Source of the DNA: an uncultured Bacteroidota bacterium
GTDB lineage: Bacteria; Bacteroidota; Ignavibacteria; UBA10030; UBA6906
Direction: 5' to 3'
Length of the DNA: 64,000 nt
NCBI GenBank assembly: GCA_963700635.1
Contig: CAVOYH010000003.1
Location: forward strand, 160,001-224,000
Part shown: positions 8,149 through 18,285 of the stretch, in pieces
How positions within the stretch are numbered: the first letter of the stretch is position 1
How the letters are laid out: each line of letters starts with the position of its first letter
Notes under the pieces: generated by a model
Told to the model about the DNA's origin: nothing
The model's database searches: none
What the model saw: only the letters and a program-made list of their open reading frames with translations
Translations under genes and position numbers: made by a program

Positions 8149-10911
8149 CTAGAATTCCACGTTCATGCCTATTCTCACTTCACGGGGCGGGGCGTAGTAG
8201 TCCGGCCGCGCAAACCACTCGCTGGCGGGATGGATGCCGGGAATCTCTCGCGCAATCTTGTCCGTCTGCTGGGCAGTTCCCTGGTTCTCCACGAGGGTGT
8301 AGGTCGCCCGGCCGGTGTCAGTATACACAAACCGTTCAATCAGACTGTCAAACAGATTGTAGACCTTCAGGAAACCGGTGATACGGAGTCCGTACACGGC
8401 AAAGGTCTTGTCCGCCAGGAGGTCAACACGGACCTGTGCCGGCTTGCGCGCGCTGTTTGTTTGCAGGTACACCGTCTGGGTGAGGATCTGCGGCGTATAT
8501 GGCAGGCCCGTACCGACCCGGCCAACGAGCGTCACGTTCCAGTCGTTCGACTCTCCAACCGATACCGTTGCATTCAGCGTGTGCGATTGATCCCAGTCAA
8601 GATAGACCGGCACTTTCTCACTCTGCCGGCCCGAAGACAGGTCCACAAAGAATGCATTCACATCCGTCTCGTTGCCTTCCGCAACCTGGAAGGTGTAATC
8701 CAGCGTAGCCCCGACAAGGTCACCGGGCGCACGACGTTTCGTGATGGAAAAGGTCAGCCCCTTGACGTTGCTGTAATCCTTGTTGACATATTTATAGTAT
8801 GTTTCATCTCCGCTGATGCGGATCTGCTGCTGGGCAAGGAGGTCACGCACATCCTTGTAGAAGCCCGTCGCCGTGAACGAAAGATTGTCCAGAAGTTGCT
8901 GTTGCAGACCGATTTCGTATGTCACGGTTTTCTGCGGATTCAGGTCGGCATTCCCGAAGCTCGGCGTCCCGGTGGAGAAACTGTACTTGAAGTCCGGGTT
9001 GGCGTAGAGGTAGGAGAAAGGCGGCATCTGGAAAAAGTGCCCGTATGAAAAGTGAATGATTCCCCTGTCCGTAATCGGAAAGGAAACGCCGACACGAGGA
9101 CTCCACTGATGCTTGCCTTTGGCCTTTGCAAGAAGAGTCGTGGGATCCACCGTGGACGGAAGAGTGGGACTGTTCGGCGAGGGATAAAAGATGTCTGTCG
9201 AATGGCTGGCGTCCGCGCTGAAATAGTCGTAACGGAGACCGACGTTGAGGATCAGACTCTCGAACTCCATCTTGTCCTGCAGGTACGCAGAAAATTCCGT
9301 CGGCTTACGTGTATAGGCGTCATGGTTGGACGTGTTGGTGCCGGGGATAGTAGGGGTGAAGTACCGTACGGTATCGCGCAGAACAACAAAACTGTCATAG
9401 TACAGCGCATGCGCTTTGTATTCGGCCCCGAGTTTTACCTCGTGATTTGACGTCAGCTGGCTGGTCACATCAAACTTGCCGCTCCAGGTGGCGGACCGCT
9501 GATAGTAGTGTCCGGGCCTGGTGCCGCCGGAGAGGAACGTATACGGCGCCACAGCCACATTTTTGTAGTCCGGCTGGTAGCGCGGATCCGCGTGGAGGGC
9601 GCCAAGGTCCATGCCGGTCCCGGCCGAATATTCCACCGGACTTCCCGAGGCATCCAGCAGGGGATACAGGTACTGTTTATAGTCATTCAGATTCAGGGAG
9701 CCACGCAGCGAATAATATGTCGTCGTGTTGAGCGTATGTCGCAGCTCGAGGGCGTTCAACAACCCCCATTCATTGTTGTTGTAGTTCGCATCAGGGTTGT
9801 ACTTGTAGCTGTGGGAATATCCCTTCCAGGAAGATCTTGAATAGAGCACATCGTAACGGATTTTTGCCGTCGAAAAAGGTGAAAAAGTCAGTTTTGCCGT
9901 TCCACTGAATTCACGGCTGGGGTTCATCGGAACAAGTGCACTGTCGCCGGTCTGATACACCGTAATGTCGTTGGGATTCAGAGGATTCTTGTTGGCATAG
10001 TCCGCCGGTGTGTGCTGGCGGATCCCGTACAGCCATCCTTTTTCGTCGTCAAAGCGTCCGGAGACAAAAAAGGTGAGCGCGTCAGAGACAACCGGCCCGT
10101 TAAACGTGAGTTCGGTGACCGAGTGGCTGAACGGCTTGATATTATCAATATTGGTGAAGATCTCCTTGTGGCTGCTCACATAGTCGCCGGTATAGAACGA
10201 GAGACTCCCTCCAAACCGGTTGCCTCCCTCTTTGGTGACGGTATTCACGACCCCGCTGAGCGCGTTCCCATATTCGGCATTAAACGTTCCGCTGACCACG
10301 GACAGCTCCTGGATGGCGTTGGTCGCGATCTGAACGGTCTTGGTGTTGTCAAACGGATTGGAAATCGAAACGCCGTTAACCGTGTACGAGATCTCATTGG
10401 ACCGGCCGCCACGGATATGGAGCTCGCCGCCGGCACCCTGCGTGATCCCGGCCTGCAGCGAAAGGATCTGTGTAACACTTTCCACGGGAAGCGCCTCGAT
10501 GGACGCGGCGTCGATGTTGGTGTGCGAGGAAGTCAGGTCCCGGCGAATCATCGGCGCCTCGGCCTGAATCTCCACCGTTTCGAGCGCGATCACATCGGTG
10601 GAGAGCCGGACATCCAGCCGCGTGGTGAAGTCGACTGACACCTTCACATTCGAAAACCGCTTTTTCTGATACCCCACGCCGGATGCGACAACCGTATAGA
10701 CGCCCGGAGGGATGTTGATAATCACGTACTCGCCTTCCACATCCGTGCTTGCACCCATCGTGGTGCCCTCGATGAAGACACTGACACCCACCAGCGGTTC
10801 GCCGGTCTCAGTAGCCTGCATACGCCCGGCGATTTTGCCGGTCGTGCCGGAGAGAACAAACACGGGAAGAAGGAGAATCAAGAGAAGTACAGAACAGATA
10901 CGTCGTGGCAT
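8149..10911 (-). CDS. TonB-dependent receptor with N-terminal carboxypeptidase-regulatory-like domain
   Basis: Signal peptide; TTGKIAG...GEPLVGVSV; plug motifs LHIRGGRSNE and SGTFNAEYG; barrel motifs LNVGLRYDYF, SPRVGVSFPI, GNADLNPQKT; C-terminal Phe. Confidence 0.92.
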   Translation of the reverse strand: MPRRICSVLLLILLLPVFVLSGTTGKIAGRMQATETGEPLVGVSVFIEGTTMGASTDVEGEYVIINIPPGVYTVVASGVGYQKKRFSNVKVSVDFTTRLDVRLSTDVIALETVEIQAEAPMIRRDLTSSHTNIDAASIEALPVESVTQILSLQAGITQGAGGELHIRGGRSNEISYTVNGVSISNPFDNTKTVQIATNAIQELSVVSGTFNAEYGNALSGVVNTVTKEGGNRFGGSLSFYTGDYVSSHKEIFTNIDNIKPFSHSVTELTFNGPVVSDALTFFVSGRFDDEKGWLYGIRQHTPADYANKNPLNPNDITVYQTGDSALVPMNPSREFSGTAKLTFSPFSTAKIRYDVLYSRSSWKGYSHSYKYNPDANYNNNEWGLLNALELRHTLNTTTYYSLRGSLNLNDYKQYLYPLLDASGSPVEYSAGTGMDLGALHADPRYQPDYKNVAVAPYTFLSGGTRPGHYYQRSATWSGKFDVTSQLTSNHEVKLGAEYKAHALYYDSFVVLRDTVRYFTPTIPGTNTSNHDAYTRKPTEFSAYLQDKMEFESLILNVGLRYDYFSADASHSTDIFYPSPNSPTLPSTVDPTTLLAKAKGKHQWSPRVGVSFPITDRGIIHFSYGHFFQMPPFSYLYANPDFKYSFSTGTPSFGNADLNPQKTVTYEIGLQQQLLDNLSFTATGFYKDVRDLLAQQQIRISGDETYYKYVNKDYSNVKGLTFSITKRRAPGDLVGATLDYTFQVAEGNETDVNAFFVDLSSGRQSEKVPVYLDWDQSHTLNATVSVGESNDWNVTLVGRVGTGLPYTPQILTQTVYLQTNSARKPAQVRVDLLADKTFAVYGLRITGFLKVYNLFDSLIERFVYTDTGRATYTLVENQGTAQQTDKIAREIPGIHPASEWFARPDYYAPPREVRIGMNVEF

Positions 10912-11032
10912 ACAGGCCTCCGTGGATGCTCACACGTCTGGGTGACCGGGGAAGGGGGTGCAACAGCGCACGACCCGCTGACTGGAGTCACGCTCGCAAC
11001 GCCCGTTGGTCTACCCCATGCCGGATGAGTAC

Positions 11033-11068
11033 AAAAAAGGGCCGTGAACGGTTTTCCATTCACGGCCC
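11033..11068 (-). terminator. Rho-independent terminator
   Basis: Minus strand GGGCCGTGAATGG-AAAA-CCGTTCACGGCCC followed by T6, just downstream of the stop at 11106. Confidence 0.85.
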
Positions 11069-11105
11069 GGTGGTCATGCAGCTGCGCTAGAATCCGGTGA
11101 ACGGA

Positions 11106-12998
11106 TTACCGGACCAACATCATTTTTTGTGACTTGCTGAAGTTGCCGTGCTTCAGAGTGTACACGTAGCTGCCGCTGGCGACACCCTGCCCGGCGTTGT
11201 TCGTGCCGTCCCATTCCACCTGGTAGGCCCCCTTCGCCGTCTCCTGGCTGGCGATCAGGGTCTTTACTTCACGGCCGACCATGTCGTAGACAATCAGAGA
11301 GATGGTGTTGTCCGCCGGCAGACTAAACCGGATGGAGGTCGAGGGGTTAAACGGGTTGGGATAATTCTGTTCCAGAACATACTGTTCCGGGGTCACGATC
11401 GTCAAATCGATCGGGGCAAACGTGGTTCCGGTCCACTCAAGCATCCGCAGGTTCGTCGCGACCACATTAACCTGCTTCCATGTGCTGTCCGTCCGGAACT
11501 GGTCAGGAGTCATCGTCGTGTCCCAGATGCGGCGGGTATATGACACAGAATCCGCCACACTCTGGTAGGACAGCATCACTTCGACCTTGCCATTGCCGTT
11601 GACATCCGCACCTGCGAACATCTTCGAAACAAACGGGCTCTCAGCGTAACTCGTATCCTTCACGCCAAGCGAATCGCGGTACTCCACCTCATGGAAGAAC
11701 GCCGGTTCGCCCGGGTAGTAGATCGTGCTGGTGTAGCTCGAGGGGCTGGTCAGACTGCCCGTGCCTTTGTACTCTAGCGCGATCACATTGTAGTCTGCCG
11801 ATCCGCCGATCAGGATTTCTTCACGGCCGTTCCCGTTGAAGTCGTATGCGCCGATCCCCCAGTGAGATCCTGCCGTTTTGCCGGCAAGGGTCCAGAGGTT
11901 TTCGCCGATGATGCCAAACTGGGTGCTGTCTTTCCAGACATAGACGCCCGTGTCGCCCTTGGCAATAGTGTTGAGCACCACCTTATAGTTGTAGTCGCCT
12001 GCGCCGATGTAGAGGATGCCTGCAATCTCCTTGGTTCCGTCACCGTTCACATCGACCGGCTGGACACCCATGTACGCCACCGCATCTTCATTAACCGACT
12101 TCATATACTCAAAGTAGAAGTTTTTCGCCTTGGGATTGGTCAGGGTGTCGACACCCGGTGTCGGATAACGATAGGAATCTGGGCCCTTGGGGTCAATGGA
12201 CCAGAAACCGTAATAATTCCAGTAGTGGTTGACGATTTCCTTCTGGCCGTCGCCGTCGATGTCGGCAGGAATGGACTGCCACCAGGATCCGCCTGAAAAC
12301 CGGTTCTCAGGATGTACTGAAGGATCTCCACCTTCAAGGTCCCAGGATCCGAAACCACCGATGTCGCCTATGACTCCGATGATATAGACCTTGTTGTCCT
12401 GATTGGCCATGATCAGCTCATCCCGGCCATCACCGTCAACGTCTTCAACCGTACCGGTTTCACGGTCCATACGTATTGCGGATGTTGCGCCAAGAAGGGC
12501 GGTGAACTGGGTCGCAGGAAGTTCAAGATCTGCAAACCCGGGCAGGGCGCCATATCCGTTGTCCGTGCCGTTGTATTCAAAAACGACCACCTTGCCGGTG
12601 TAGCGTGGGCCTACCGGGAAAATAATTTCACGATTTCCGTCGCCATCCAGATCGCCATCTCGCACCCAGCGGGGAGTGGAATTGGGATTGGACTGGTACA
12701 TATTGGGGGATGACCAGACGAGCTCCAGGATGTCCGGGCTTTTGAACTCGAACACGTGCACGCGTCCGCCGTTGGCATAGTCGGTTGAAACGATCTCCGG
12801 CTTGCCGTCTTTGTCCATGTCCGTCGTTACCCACGCACTCCGGATACCCTGGTCGTTCCGGTACGGCTGGGTGCTATCGGGTCCGGTCCAGTTGGCCTTG
12901 GTCTGATAGGAGTTGTGCGTGGAGACGCTGGTTAACTGCGCGAACGCAGTGCCGGCCGCCAGCACAAGAACGATCAACATCGTAATGGTTCTGCTCAT
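11106..12998 (-). CDS. T9SS type A sorting-domain protein with seven FG-GAP/VCBS-like repeats
   Basis: Signal peptide AFA-Q; repeats DMDKDGKPEI, DLDGDGNREI, DVDGDGRDEL, DIDGDGQKEI, DVNGDGTKEI, DFNGNGREEI, DVNGNGKVEV; NYPNPFNPST...WDG...KMMLVR tail; AGGAG RBS. Confidence 0.9.
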   Translation of the reverse strand: MSRTITMLIVLVLAAGTAFAQLTSVSTHNSYQTKANWTGPDSTQPYRNDQGIRSAWVTTDMDKDGKPEIVSTDYANGGRVHVFEFKSPDILELVWSSPNMYQSNPNSTPRWVRDGDLDGDGNREIIFPVGPRYTGKVVVFEYNGTDNGYGALPGFADLELPATQFTALLGATSAIRMDRETGTVEDVDGDGRDELIMANQDNKVYIIGVIGDIGGFGSWDLEGGDPSVHPENRFSGGSWWQSIPADIDGDGQKEIVNHYWNYYGFWSIDPKGPDSYRYPTPGVDTLTNPKAKNFYFEYMKSVNEDAVAYMGVQPVDVNGDGTKEIAGILYIGAGDYNYKVVLNTIAKGDTGVYVWKDSTQFGIIGENLWTLAGKTAGSHWGIGAYDFNGNGREEILIGGSADYNVIALEYKGTGSLTSPSSYTSTIYYPGEPAFFHEVEYRDSLGVKDTSYAESPFVSKMFAGADVNGNGKVEVMLSYQSVADSVSYTRRIWDTTMTPDQFRTDSTWKQVNVVATNLRMLEWTGTTFAPIDLTIVTPEQYVLEQNYPNPFNPSTSIRFSLPADNTISLIVYDMVGREVKTLIASQETAKGAYQVEWDGTNNAGQGVASGSYVYTLKHGNFSKSQKMMLVR

Positions 12999-13194
12999 GC
13001 GATGACTCCTTGAATTAAGTTAGGGTTGGTTGATTTTCAGGTCTGGTGTGTCCAAGGGATCTCACGGCTTTGGGAGACTGCGTGATCCGGGTAGCCCACA
13101 ACACACGAAATTTCCCACGCCACAATAACCGCTTGCGACAAGGGAATAATTACGGTGATTACATCGGGTGGAAGCGGGCTGACATGTCGTATAA

Positions 13195-13223
13195 AATATA
13201 GCGATATTGGCCAGGAATGTCAA
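13195..13223 (-). promoter_or_regulatory. Sigma70-type promoter for the 12998 gene
   Basis: TTGACA-N17-TATATT on the minus strand in the divergent intergenic region. Confidence 0.7.
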
Positions 13224-13361
13224 GGGGCGCAGTGATCTGCCGTTGGTAGTATTCGTCCATGGAACTTCCAATCAGGGATCACACTTGCCTTTTTGTCCTC
13301 GAATGTTAACTTGGATATGTTGTACTCTCACCCCTTTTCACCTACTAAACAGGAGGCTTCC

Positions 13362-16031
13362 ATGAGGGTTCTCTATTCCCTTTGCCTGGCAACCCTGGCA
13401 CTCGGCTTGTTACTTGCCCCGGGGAACCAGGCGTCGGCAGACGTTTTTGCACACAACATCCGGATCACGCAACCCGATTCCGATGCACCGTTCGACGCAA
13501 AGTTTAACGACGGATCGGGCGCTGCAATCCGGTTTGTTCTTTCCGACCGCGCGGATTCAGTCGTCATCATGATCAACTCCCCGACGGAGACCGTCCGCGT
13601 CCTCCGGGCAACCGATCTGGTTTCCGGGGATACCGTGGTGGTATGGGATGGCAATAATACATCCGGAACCCCCGTTCCATCCGGAGACTATAGCCTGAAG
13701 TTCACCGCATACGACAAAGGTTATTCTCTTTACACAGAAATCTTCTACGATCAACCGGCTATTTTCACCCGTGGGGTTACCACGATCCGGAATACCGATC
13801 TCAAGAATTTTGGATTTATCTACGCCGCAGACAACGGCGGCTATGCCACCGGCGTCGCACGCCATTCAGCCGATGTACGGCAGTGGGGAAACAGCAAGGG
13901 CGTTGCCAAATTAGATAATACCGGCGCCGTTGTTGGACCCGCCAACCTTCGCTATTCATCCGAAGCTGATGAGGCCGGGTATGTGTACCTCATCGGACGG
14001 GATAAGAAGGAAATTTACCGGTATCACACCGATACGATGTTTGTGGCACTGTTTGATTCCGGTGGTTATACCACCAATCTGGAAGGGCTTGCTGTTGCGG
14101 GCACCGGGAGCGGACGCGTTATAGCAGTTGCCGGACAGAGCAAAGTGTATTTTATGCCCGTCGGCGATAACCCTGGCTGGTTCCAGCCGAAGACCATTGC
14201 CGTGGACGGTGATACCTCAGTGATCTACTGGGATGCAGCGTTTGGACAGGATTCGGTCCTTTATACCACGTTTTACGGTGCGAAAGACGATATCCGGCCC
14301 GGCGTCGCAAAGTTTGATTTCACCGGATGGGACGGGACCACCCCGAAAAAACTCGCCGATGCGGTCTGGACCGCAACACTTGACAGCGGCCGCGCCAACA
14401 CGATGGCACTCGATTTCGGCCGCGACACCACCGACGTTGACGACGTGCTATACTTCACGATCGCACGCAGGAAATCCGCCGATGTCAACGTCCGGCAGAA
14501 CATCTACCTCCTCAAGAACCTGAACGCTGTCACGCCGATGCTGGACACGGCGTACATCGACAGGGGCAACAACATGACCCAATCCCGGTCCGATATTGCC
14601 GTGGATGCGGTGGGCAACATCGTCTATTTTGAAAACTCAAACGAAGAGACCGTCCTCATCTCTCCTCCAACCGGACCCAACAGCTTCATGACGCCGGCCC
14701 AGGTGAAGGTGAAGGTCATCATCTCCGAAACGATCGCGGCCGCGCGGCGTAGCACGGTAGATTACTACAAACCGGACCGGTTAAACGATACCGTAACGGT
14801 CATAGGCACAGTCAACTCCGTCAATCCTGTTGCCTCTGCGAATCGTTTCTCCTACTTCATCCAGGATGAAACAGCCGGCATCAACATCACCAAGGGCAGC
14901 GTCACAGGTGGTGGTCCCGTCTACAAGATCGGTGACCGGCTTGTTGCAAAAGGCGTGATCGGTCAGTTCCGCGGAACAACACAAATGAACATTGTCTCGC
15001 TGACAGACGTTGTGCTTCTCGACTCAGGCAACGCCGTGACACCATTCGTGCTTACAATGGATCAGTTCCTTACGGATCCTGAAACCTATGAAAGCCGGTT
15101 CATCAAGTTTAATGGTGTTGCAAAGACCGCGGCTTCGCCGGCCTGGCCCGGAGCCGGAGCCGATGCCAACATGATGATCTGGGACGGATATCGTGAGCTC
15201 ATCCTCCGCCTTGATCAAGACACCGACATTGATGGAACCACGGAACCCGTGTATCCCATGAATGTCCAGGGTGTCGCGACACAGTACACGTCGTTATCCA
15301 CCGTGTTTAATGACGGTTACCAGATTACGCCGAACATGTACACGGATATGACCGGCGGCGTCAATTCGCCACCGAACCGGTACTTTGCACTGCTGAGCCC
15401 TTCCCATACGTCCCGTATCGTGCTGAACGACACGGCACAGACGGTGACATTCCGGTGGGCCGCAGCGGTGGATCTGAACGGCGACAATGTGATTTACCAG
15501 TGGGTCCCCATGGGTTTCTCCGCAGTTCCCACGGGAAATGCAGCGCGTGATACGTTCCTCGTCCGGACCGGCAAACAGCTGCTGACCTATCTGGCCACCT
15601 CGGACTCTGTCGTCCTCAAGTGGCTTGTCGCAGCAAAAGATCCGACCAACGCGGTTGTGTACAGCAGGGATACTCTCTCTGTGACGCTGGTACGCGGAAC
15701 GATCACGGGCGTGGACGGACTCTATGAGATTCCGACACGGTTCTCCCTTGATCAGAACTATCCGAACCCCTTCAATCCGTCCACCACAATCCGCTTCGGG
15801 CTTCCGTCGGCGGCCTCTGTACGCCTTACGGTGTACGATGCCCTCGGACGGGAAATTGCCACACTGCTCAATGAAGAGCGTGCGGCGGGATACATCACCC
15901 TGACGTGGGATGGCGTGAATGGTTCGGGAACACGGGTAGCAAGCGGCATATACTTCTACCGGATCCAGGCGCAGCCTGTGGGCGGTGGTGTGCCGTTCGT
16001 CGAATTAAAGAAGATGATACTCGTGAAGTAA
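13362..16031 (+). CDS. T9SS type A sorting-domain protein (N-terminal FlgD-Ig-like domain, propeller-like region, OB-fold-like domain)
   Basis: ATG 13362 after AGGAGG; signal peptide; VVWDGNNTSGTPVPSGDY; FIQDETAGI...IGDRLVAKG OB-fold-like segment; NYPNPFNPST...KKMILVK. Confidence 0.85.
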   Translation: MRVLYSLCLATLALGLLLAPGNQASADVFAHNIRITQPDSDAPFDAKFNDGSGAAIRFVLSDRADSVVIMINSPTETVRVLRATDLVSGDTVVVWDGNNTSGTPVPSGDYSLKFTAYDKGYSLYTEIFYDQPAIFTRGVTTIRNTDLKNFGFIYAADNGGYATGVARHSADVRQWGNSKGVAKLDNTGAVVGPANLRYSSEADEAGYVYLIGRDKKEIYRYHTDTMFVALFDSGGYTTNLEGLAVAGTGSGRVIAVAGQSKVYFMPVGDNPGWFQPKTIAVDGDTSVIYWDAAFGQDSVLYTTFYGAKDDIRPGVAKFDFTGWDGTTPKKLADAVWTATLDSGRANTMALDFGRDTTDVDDVLYFTIARRKSADVNVRQNIYLLKNLNAVTPMLDTAYIDRGNNMTQSRSDIAVDAVGNIVYFENSNEETVLISPPTGPNSFMTPAQVKVKVIISETIAAARRSTVDYYKPDRLNDTVTVIGTVNSVNPVASANRFSYFIQDETAGINITKGSVTGGGPVYKIGDRLVAKGVIGQFRGTTQMNIVSLTDVVLLDSGNAVTPFVLTMDQFLTDPETYESRFIKFNGVAKTAASPAWPGAGADANMMIWDGYRELILRLDQDTDIDGTTEPVYPMNVQGVATQYTSLSTVFNDGYQITPNMYTDMTGGVNSPPNRYFALLSPSHTSRIVLNDTAQTVTFRWAAAVDLNGDNVIYQWVPMGFSAVPTGNAARDTFLVRTGKQLLTYLATSDSVVLKWLVAAKDPTNAVVYSRDTLSVTLVRGTITGVDGLYEIPTRFSLDQNYPNPFNPSTTIRFGLPSAASVRLTVYDALGREIATLLNEERAAGYITLTWDGVNGSGTRVASGIYFYRIQAQPVGGGVPFVELKKMILVK

Positions 16032-16056
16032 TGGCAGGCTGATTCTACTCTTGCAG

Positions 16057-16092
16057 GTAGGGACGCCCGGTCGGGCGTCCCTACTTTTTTTT
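16057..16092 (+). terminator. Rho-independent terminator overlapping the 3' end of the convergent SSS gene
   Basis: GTAGGGACGCCC-GGTC-GGGCGTCCCTAC followed by T8. Confidence 0.88.
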
Positions 16093-17535
16093 CACCGCTC
16101 CCAACATACCCATTCCCCATCCGATCGTCACTGCGGCAAGAACCCCGATCATCGTGTACCACGTCCAGGCAACGATGTTAAGTGAGATGACCGTCACCAT
16201 GACAAGGATACCCCCGACAAACCCGGCGAGCGCATCTTCCTGTGTCGGGCGCTTGAAGAGCACTCCGAGCAGGAATGTCCCCAGCAATCCGCCATAGGTG
16301 AAGGATGCGATGCTGAGGGCGAGCTCCACCACGGCCTGGCTTGTATTCATGAAGAAGAGTGCGGAGCAGACCAGAAGCACGGCCCAGAATGCGGTCACAA
16401 GGCGGGAGAGGCGGAGTTCTTTCTCGGGCGTGAATCGGGCCCCGGCACGCGGCTTGTAGAGATCCATCACCGTTGATGATGCCATCGAGCTCATGGAACC
16501 GGCCAGCGTCGATAACGCAGCTGCAAAGAGCCCGGCAATGATAAATCCTGACACGCCCGGCGGAAGTCCTTCGATAATGTACCGTGGAAAGATCTCGTCA
16601 GCTCTGCGGAGCCCCAGTTCTGCCAATCCCGCCCCGCCATAGTGGCCATACAGCAACACTCCCACCACCAGGAAGAGCGCAAACTGAACAATGATAATCA
16701 AACCACTTCCGATGAGTGCCTTCCGTCCGGCACGGACAGATTTTGTCGCGAGGATCCGCTGGACAATAAGCTGGTCGGTTCCGTGTGATGCCATGGAAAG
16801 GAATCCCCCGCCAAGGATCCCGGCAAAAAGCGTGTAGGGTGTCTTCCAGAAATCCGGACCAAATCCAAGATTGAAGACGTCGAATTTCCCGGCCTCCTGA
16901 GCCAGATGGGTGATCCCCGTCCACCCACCGTCATACGAAGTAATCAGCACAACCGCCGAGAGAATTGCCCCCCCCAGGTAGATGAACATCTGGATGGCAT
17001 CCACCCAGATGACACCCCGGACTCCGCCCATATACGTGTAGCCGAGCGCCACGACTGCAAGGATGATAATTGCCACGGGGTAGTCGATGCCGAGGGCAAA
17101 TTTCAGGGGGATGGCCGTGGCAAAGAGCCGCACACCGTCAGCGGCGATCCGAGTGAATAAAAACACAATCGAGGCAAAACTCCGGGTCTTTGATCCGAAC
17201 CGTCGTTCCAGAAACGCATACGCCGTGGAGAGTTCGCCCGTGGCGTACGCGGGAAGAAAAAGATAACTCACCGCAACCCGCCCGAGCAGATATCCCAGGG
17301 TTACCTGCAGAAAATTCAGGTTCGCCAGGTAGGCAAGTCCGGGTATGCTGATGAAGGTGAGGGTGCTTGTCTCTGCCGCAACAATCGAAAAGCAGACAAC
17401 CCACCAGGGAATGGTATCCCTGCCCAGGAAATAATCATTGGCGGATCGTTGTTTGCCACCCCGCCAGACGCCGAAGAGTGCGATCGCGGCAAGGTAGACG
17501 AGAACAATACCATAGTCGAGTGGTGTGAAGCCCAT
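16081..17535 (-). CDS. Sodium:solute symporter (SSS/SLC5)
   Basis: Start moved to MGFTPLDY; motifs YFLG, AAETSTLTFISIPG, GGVRGVIWVD, HGTDQLIVQR, AGLFAAALST; many hydrophobic helices. Confidence 0.92.
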   Translation of the reverse strand: MGFTPLDYGIVLVYLAAIALFGVWRGGKQRSANDYFLGRDTIPWWVVCFSIVAAETSTLTFISIPGLAYLANLNFLQVTLGYLLGRVAVSYLFLPAYATGELSTAYAFLERRFGSKTRSFASIVFLFTRIAADGVRLFATAIPLKFALGIDYPVAIIILAVVALGYTYMGGVRGVIWVDAIQMFIYLGGAILSAVVLITSYDGGWTGITHLAQEAGKFDVFNLGFGPDFWKTPYTLFAGILGGGFLSMASHGTDQLIVQRILATKSVRAGRKALIGSGLIIIVQFALFLVVGVLLYGHYGGAGLAELGLRRADEIFPRYIIEGLPPGVSGFIIAGLFAAALSTLAGSMSSMASSTVMDLYKPRAGARFTPEKELRLSRLVTAFWAVLLVCSALFFMNTSQAVVELALSIASFTYGGLLGTFLLGVLFKRPTQEDALAGFVGGILVMVTVISLNIVAWTWYTMIGVLAAVTIGWGMGMLGAVKKK

Positions 17536-17793
17536 GGGGTCAGGAGATTGTGGATGTCGGTGAATGTTCGATTCTTCGGTCTGTCGCACACAAAGAGGCG
17601 AACGTGTGGGGATCAAGATACACTGATTGCCGGAGGCATGCAACTGGAGGGCATCGAAAAACACGGACTGCAGAGTGCAGTCGCCGGATCATCCGGAAGG
17701 AGAAACTTGATTTTCAGGATAGAATCGGGTAGGTTCGATCGTACCGGCGGGGATACCGCACATCCTTCTTTCACAACCGAATATCAAAGAGCC

Positions 17794-18285
17794 ATGGCCA
17801 TACGCATTTTTGTGACCGGCGGCACATTCGACAAAGAATACAACGAGCTTGAGGGCAAGCTCTTTTTCCAGGACACACATCTTCCGGAAATGCTTACGCT
17901 CGGGCGCAACAGGGTAGAGATCGCACTCAGGACATTAATGATGGTCGACAGCCTGGAGATGACCGATGCTGACCGCACACTGATCGTGGAACAATGCCGG
18001 CGAAGCAAGGAAAACAAGATCGTGATCACGCACGGCACGGACACAATGGACATTACCGCGCACACTCTGGGAAAGACCATCACGGACAAGACCATCGTCA
18101 TCACCGGGGCGATGGTTCCCTACAAGTTTGGCAGTTCGGATGGCCTTTTTAATCTTGGCAGCGCCCTCGCGTTTGTGCAGGTGCTTCCGCCGGGCGTCTA
18201 TATCGCCATGAATGGCAGGGTGTTTCACTGGGACAACGTGAGAAAGAACAAGAAGACAGGGGTGTTCGAGGAGCGCCCCGGTTAG
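17794..18285 (+). CDS. Short single-domain L-asparaginase
   Basis: Start moved to MAIRIFVTGGT; catalytic motifs TGGT and HGTDT; about 163 aa, no C-terminal domain. Confidence 0.85.
   Translation: MAIRIFVTGGTFDKEYNELEGKLFFQDTHLPEMLTLGRNRVEIALRTLMMVDSLEMTDADRTLIVEQCRRSKENKIVITHGTDTMDITAHTLGKTITDKTIVITGAMVPYKFGSSDGLFNLGSALAFVQVLPPGVYIAMNGRVFHWDNVRKNKKTGVFEERPG

Noticed and set aside
7837-9048. 403-aa + strand ORF
   Set aside because: Antisense shadow of the TonB receptor and the next gene; no recognisable motif.
12999-13361. Riboswitch or ncRNA in the divergent intergenic region
   Set aside because: No conserved aptamer motif recognisable by eye; needs an Rfam search.
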